From NCBI GenBank assembly GCA_030917725.1, contig JAUPUE010000034.1:1-40150 (forward strand): DNA of 40,150 nt, in the 5' to 3' direction. How positions within the stretch are numbered: the stretch's first letter is position 1; every line of letters starts with the position of its first letter. This DNA comes from Patescibacteria group bacterium (GTDB taxonomy: Bacteria > Patescibacteriota > Minisyncoccia > Phycocordibacterales > EsbW-18). Positions 35,315-40,150 of this stretch are shown piece by piece. Position numbers and translations under genes: made by a program. The notes beneath the pieces were generated by a model, which saw only the letters and a program-made list of their open reading frames with translations, was not told the origin of the DNA and searched no databases.

Positions 35315-35333
35315 TTCTTTTGTTCTGCTCAAT
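35315..35333 (+). promoter_or_regulatory. 5' arm of the pre-16S processing stem
   Basis: ttcttttgttctgctcaat is perfectly complementary to 37052-37070 (attgagcagaacaaaagaa). Confidence 0.75.
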
Positions 35334-35357
35334 TATGAAACATGGTGACATGTTTTT

Positions 35358-36926
<1,569 letters not shown>

Positions 36927-37051
36927 ACAAAATGCTCTGATCCCGAAAGGGTAGGAGTTTAGGCGGTCGATATCATGTGCCTCAATTGAGCATGTGATGG
37001 ATCATGATTGAAGATCCTACGAAACAATCTAGACACTCGGGAAAGACTGAG

Positions 37052-37070
37052 ATTGAGCAGAACAAAAGAA
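37052..37070 (+). promoter_or_regulatory. 3' arm of the pre-16S processing stem
   Basis: Perfect 19-nt complement of 35315-35333. Confidence 0.75.
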
Positions 37071-37092
37071 AGGACATATTTCGATACCAAAA

Positions 37093-37116
37093 GGCCGCCT
37101 AACAAGGCGGTTTTTT
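37093..37116 (+). terminator. rho-independent terminator directly after the 16S unit
   Basis: ggccgcc-taacaa-ggcgg-tttttt. Confidence 0.75.
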
Positions 37117-37131
37117 GCTACCTCAGGGTAC

Positions 37132-37159
37132 TTGACAGCAGTCTTTTGGATGTTATAAT
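37132..37159 (+). promoter_or_regulatory. consensus sigma70 promoter TTGACA-N16-TATAAT (cassette D)
   Basis: ttgacagcagtcttttggatgttataat. Confidence 0.65.
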
Positions 37160-37197
37160 GTAATCTGAACAGTACCTTAACTCTGGGGGAGAGAATC

Positions 37198-37356
37198 GTG
37201 GAGCAATTCGATTGGCCAACTTTTGTTGGCAGGGTACTCATCGCCGTCACGGCATTTGGTATCATCCTTCGTTTTCTGTTCTTGCTGGGCGCTCGTAGCG
37301 CTCGGTGGGCAGAAGACAACAAACCGAAACTCACGAAGGCAAAGGAGAAGCTGTGA
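37198..37356 (+). CDS. 52-aa single-TM protein (cassette D gene 1, GTG start)
   Basis: GGGGGAGAG-aatc-GTG. VEQFDWPTFVGRVLIAVTAFGIILRFLFLLGARS.... Not in the ORF track (under 60 aa). Confidence 0.45.
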   Translation: MEQFDWPTFVGRVLIAVTAFGIILRFLFLLGARSARWAEDNKPKLTKAKEKL

Positions 37357-37586
37357 GAGCTGCCGTCTCAGGTATCGGCATGAAACTCATGCCGAGCGAT
37401 TTGCTGGAGGAGGCGAAAGCGAACGAGCCGTTCGCTGTCGTTTCATCTCCAGCATGTGATTGTGGACACATCCTTGCGGATGATTTCACCGCACACCACT
37501 TCACGTGTAAGTCACTCTGGAAGATCATCCAGCTTCCGAGTGGTTCCAAGAGAGTTCACACCGGACTGATCAAGGGGGTCTCATGA
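37353..37586 (+). CDS. ~70-aa soluble Cys/His-containing protein (cassette D gene 2)
   Basis: GTG overlaps the upstream TGA (GTGA), preceded by AAGGAGA. Alternative ATG at 37380. CDCGH...HHFTC motif. Confidence 0.45.
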   Translation: MRAAVSGIGMKLMPSDLLEEAKANEPFAVVSSPACDCGHILADDFTAHHFTCKSLWKIIQLPSGSKRVHTGLIKGVS

Positions 37587-37717
37587 TTCCGATTCTCATC
37601 GTCGTCATCGGTACCATCGCGTTCGTCGCGATGGCCAAGTACCTCAACCGTCGGGACGACAAGCGCCTCGCGCGCCGTCTCCCGCCTAACCAGCGCCACT
37701 TCTTCACGGGGCGCTAA
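37583..37717 (+). CDS. 44-aa single-TM protein (cassette D gene 3)
   Basis: ATGA start/stop overlap, AAGGGGG SD. MIPILIVVIGTIAFVAMAKYL then a basic tail. Confidence 0.45.
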   Translation: MIPILIVVIGTIAFVAMAKYLNRRDDKRLARRLPPNQRHFFTGR

Positions 37718-37726
37718 GGAGAAGCC

Positions 37727-38011
37727 ATGAAAGTGGCCAAACTGATCGTTGTCGTCTGCAAGGCCGGGATCTTCGGAGTGCTTGTGTGGTTCGCTGCGCT
37801 TCTGTTGGCGGCTGTGAACAGCACACCCACTGTGGCTCAGCAGAATCGTTTCGACAGAGAGATGCCGTCGAATATCCTCTATGTCGAGGACGAGGTCGGT
37901 CTCTGCTGGGCGCACTTCTTCAAGTACGGCCAGTGGGTCGACGTCGAGCCGATAGCGTGCACTCCACGAGTGTTGGCTCACCTCGACAAGCACGGCTCGC
38001 CTCTGCGGTGA
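37727..38011 (+). CDS. 94-aa signal-anchored protein (cassette D gene 4)
   Basis: TAAGGAGA-agcc-ATG. MKVAKLIVVVCKAGIFGVLVWFAALLLAAV hydrophobic N-terminus. Confidence 0.55.
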   Translation: MKVAKLIVVVCKAGIFGVLVWFAALLLAAVNSTPTVAQQNRFDREMPSNILYVEDEVGLCWAHFFKYGQWVDVEPIACTPRVLAHLDKHGSPLR

Positions 38012-38042
38012 CCATCACCGACCGGTTCGATTCCGGTCAATG

Positions 38043-38080
38043 CAGTCCGTCCCCTCGGGGAACGGGCTGCTTTATTTTTT
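38043..38080 (+). terminator. rho-independent terminator of cassette D
   Basis: cagtccgtccc-ctcg-gggaacgggctg stem (one bulge) followed by ctttatttttt. Confidence 0.65.
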
Positions 38081-38127
38081 CATTGAGAATATGGGCGCTT
38101 TTTGGTATAGTCTCCTCGCTAGGTAAT

Positions 38128-38201
38128 GCGCGTGTAGCTCAGCTGGTTAGAGCACGTCACTGATAATGACGAGGTCATAGGTTCGAATCCTATCACGCGC
38201 A
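38128..38201 (+). tRNA. tRNA-Ile (anticodon GAU)
   Basis: GCGCGTG-TA-GCTC-AGCTGGTTA-GAGC-A-CGTCA-CTGATAA-TGACG-AGGTC-ATAGG-TTCGAAT-CCTAT-CACGCGC-A. TTGAGA-N17-TATAGT upstream. Confidence 0.9.
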
Positions 38202-38221
38202 CTTTAGTTAATCTTTATTTT

Positions 38222-38731
38222 ATGAAGAAAATCATATTCGCTCTCGGTATCGTCCTCATTATTCTGGGCGCTTGGTTCTTTATGCGGCCTAAGGAGACAG
38301 TCACCCAAGACAACCTTGGCCCTAACCCTGTCTCTGCAAAAGAAACCAAAGTCGGGGATCGAGTCGGAGCGTTTGAGGTTTCAGAGATGCAGGTAGGCCC
38401 TACATCTATCACAGCAACATTTGTTGGCACAGCTACAGTCAACGTTGTTTGTTCATACGGTGATATGTTTGGGTATGTTTGTACGCCTGATGACGAGTCG
38501 GCAAAACAAGCGATTCCAAGATTTACAGAACTTGCAGATATTGGAAGCCAAAAATCTTTCTCTGTTATTGGTGAAGGTACTCCATTTGATTCTTTTAAAA
38601 AGAACTTCGAGATCGCCTCAGGTGCTAATGGGTCATCAGTTCCTCTGCGCATAACAATCACCGATTATGTGACTCGTTCCGGAGATACTACCATTATGTC
38701 CCGCGCAAGATTGGTGGAGGTGGTTGAATAG
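38222..38731 (+). CDS. membrane-anchored or secreted hypothetical protein
   Basis: MKKIIFALGIVLIILGAWFF signal anchor. 169 aa. No SD. Confidence 0.6.
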   Translation: MKKIIFALGIVLIILGAWFFMRPKETVTQDNLGPNPVSAKETKVGDRVGAFEVSEMQVGPTSITATFVGTATVNVVCSYGDMFGYVCTPDDESAKQAIPRFTELADIGSQKSFSVIGEGTPFDSFKKNFEIASGANGSSVPLRITITDYVTRSGDTTIMSRARLVEVVE

Positions 38732-38758
38732 CGCTTGTTGATTTTTTATTTAAAAGAT

Positions 38759-38782
38759 CAGCTGCACCCGGGGGTGCAGCTG
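38759..38782. terminator. bidirectional terminator hairpin
   Basis: cagctgcacc-cggg-ggtgcagctg between convergent genes. Confidence 0.7.
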
Positions 38783-38809
38783 GGACTTCGCGCGATACTG
38801 TGCGGAAGC

Positions 38810-39577
38810 TTACTTGGTCGCGAGGACCTGATAGAAGGCCCTGTATCCGATTGACCCCGATGCGTTGCAGGCGATAAGTACATCCTGGGTCATGAGCTGG
38901 TGGAACACGCGCGTCGTCACGAAGCCTTCCTCCTTAAGCTGTTTGGGGAACAGAGAGGCCGGATGGTACCACACGGTTGAATCGAAGATGTTGCCCTCCG
39001 AATCAACGTAGCGTTCTGCGAACCGCTGACTCTGCGTCATCGGTGCGGTCTCCATCGCCTCATACTGCACCCAGGATGCCTGACCCGTTCGTGCCGGACT
39101 GTCCGCCTGAAACAGATCGGGGTGCATTATGGAGACGATCAGGCGACCCCCATACTTGAGTACCTGGTAGGCTTCTCGAAAGAAGCTCTGGCACTCTTCT
39201 GGGGAGTCATGGATGAGGACCGCGATGCAGGCGATGCGGTCGAACGACTCAGACGGGTACGGCAACTCCTTGGTGATGTCGGCTTCATCATAGATGATGC
39301 CGAGGGGCTCGAGCGTCTCGTGTTCGCGGGCGCGGGAGAGCATCGTGGGGCTGCGATCACAACCCAACACTACCGCTCCGTGGTCGCGAACCAGTCTTCG
39401 GGCGATAAAACCCGAACCGCATCCAGCGTCGAGAACGACTTCGCCGGGTTGCGCGTCGAGAATCTTCAGCGAAGGCAGGCGACCGAGGTGGTCGCCAACA
39501 ACGGTGAGACGGTCGCCTTTACCCGTCCACATCACTGCAGAACTGGATTCATAAGGCAGGGTTTCGTCGGGATTCAT
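38810..39577 (-). CDS. class I SAM-dependent methyltransferase (GC-rich, SD-led)
   Basis: VLDAGCGSGFIARRL motif I. AAAGGA lies 8 nt before the ATG at 39577 (longer ORF runs to 39610). TTGACT-N16-TAAAGT upstream on the minus strand. Confidence 0.75.
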   Translation of the reverse strand: MNPDETLPYESSSAVMWTGKGDRLTVVGDHLGRLPSLKILDAQPGEVVLDAGCGSGFIARRLVRDHGAVVLGCDRSPTMLSRAREHETLEPLGIIYDEADITKELPYPSESFDRIACIAVLIHDSPEECQSFFREAYQVLKYGGRLIVSIMHPDLFQADSPARTGQASWVQYEAMETAPMTQSQRFAERYVDSEGNIFDSTVWYHPASLFPKQLKEEGFVTTRVFHQLMTQDVLIACNASGSIGYRAFYQVLATK

Positions 39578-39750
39578 GTGTTCCATCCTTTCAAGGTTGT
39601 GGCGGTCCACGGGTACTTTACATCACTTTTCAATATAGTCAACGTACGTTTCTCTCTTTGAAATGGTACGCGCACAGAAGTCGATTGTTCGATATACTCA
39701 CCAAACGGGCACGTGGCGGAACTGGACTTATAACTTTTCCGAGGCTAAGT

Positions 39751-39832
39751 GAGCGCGTGGCGGAACTGGTATACGCGTACGTCTCAGAAGCGTATGGAGC
39801 AATCCTTGGGAGTTCGAGTCTCCCCGCGCTCA
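39751..39832 (+). tRNA. tRNA-Leu (anticodon CAG), class II with long variable arm
   Basis: GAGCGCG-TG-GCG-GAACTGGTATA-CGC-G-TACGT-CTCAGAA-GCGTA-TGGAGCAATCCTT-GGGAG-TTCGAGT-CTCCC-CGCGCTC-A. Confidence 0.9.
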
Positions 39833-39875
39833 CTTAGCCTCGGATGGCGTACGTCTCAGACCTGTTCGAGTCCAT

Positions 39876-39904
39876 GCCTTGCCGAAGCTTTAGCGAAGGC
39901 AGGT
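39876..39904 (+). repeat. dispersed stem-loop repeat, copy 7 (inside the T-arm of the disrupted tRNA)
   Basis: gccttgc-cgaagctttagcgaa-ggcaggt. Confidence 0.7.
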
Positions 39905-39932
39905 CCCCGTGCCCACAGCCCTTATCACCAGT

Positions 39933-40150
39933 ATGTCTTTCGAAAAATCCTCAGAAGAATCAAAAAATGAAACGGCAGGGGTGACCCGCCGAGACTTTTT
40001 GAAAGGGGCCGCTGCTCTTGTTGGATCGGCAATGCTTGGACCCGAGATTGTGAGTGCTGATTCTAATAAAGAAACTGAATCTCTTAACGAGGGCGAACCG
40101 GGACCTGAGTACATGCGCGGAATGCAAGAATTGCATGAAAAAGCAAAGAC
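39933..40150 (+). CDS. hypothetical exported protein with Tat-like signal, 3'-truncated at the window edge
   Basis: Open frame to the window end: MSFEKSSEESKNETAGVTRRDFLKGAAALVGSAML. It has a twin-arginine motif and an MxFE N-terminus like 5417, 5923 and 25328. Confidence 0.5.
   Translation, partial: MSFEKSSEESKNETAGVTRRDFLKGAAALVGSAMLGPEIVSADSNKETESLNEGEPGPEYMRGMQELHEKAK

Larger units (their letters stand above)
39707..39915 (+). pseudogene. disrupted tRNA-Leu-like gene whose fragments flank the intact tRNA-Leu
   Basis: 5' GGGCACGTGGCGGAACTGG (39707-39725) and 3' CGTGCCCA (39908-39915) are perfectly complementary acceptor halves. Middle fragment GCGTACGTCTCAGA and a TTCGAGT loop at 39847-39872. 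TATACT lies 8 nt upstream. Confidence 0.55.

Noticed and set aside
36998-37004. TGGATCA at 36998 as a displaced 16S 3' end following an intron
   Set aside because: The following bases (tgattgaagatcc) do not continue as CCTCCTT, and the string is part of a local 5-bp hairpin. No support for a split anti-SD.

Overview
This 40-kb chromosomal fragment looks like a Candidate Phyla Radiation (Parcubacteria-like) bacterium. The call rests on a divergent 16S rRNA: GTGCCAGCAGCAGCGGTAA at the 515F site, a ~105-nt helix expansion, and no CCUCC anti-SD. Housekeeping content: ndk, the infC-rpmI-rplT operon, smpB-ssrA, ftsH, cmk, recG, a beta-CASP RNase, an ABC exporter, a fused AdoMetDC/spermidine synthase, a SET-kinase-NUDIX operon, three tandem CheY-like receivers and three tRNAs. 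Most native genes have no Shine-Dalgarno and sit exactly 6 nt after a TAnnnT -10 box, which looks leaderless. At least five visibly GC-rich cassettes interrupt this background. Each has a near-consensus sigma70 promoter, a leader, a strong AAGGAGG SD and its own terminator. They encode diderm-style envelope proteins (two OMP-like beta-barrels, a TonB_C-like protein) and small membrane proteins; one 4-gene cassette sits between the 16S gene and tRNA-Ile. Other notable features: (1) a 78-bp near-perfect inverted repeat bracketing a 6.7-kb module that holds a VirD4/TraD-like ATPase, an AT-rich island with a J-domain protein, and ndk; (2) a dispersed stem-loop repeat family with one apparent insertion footprint; (3) an intact tRNA-Leu nested inside a disrupted tRNA-Leu paralog; (4) a tRNA-Ile(UAU). 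All calls are from reading the sequence by eye; no searches were run.
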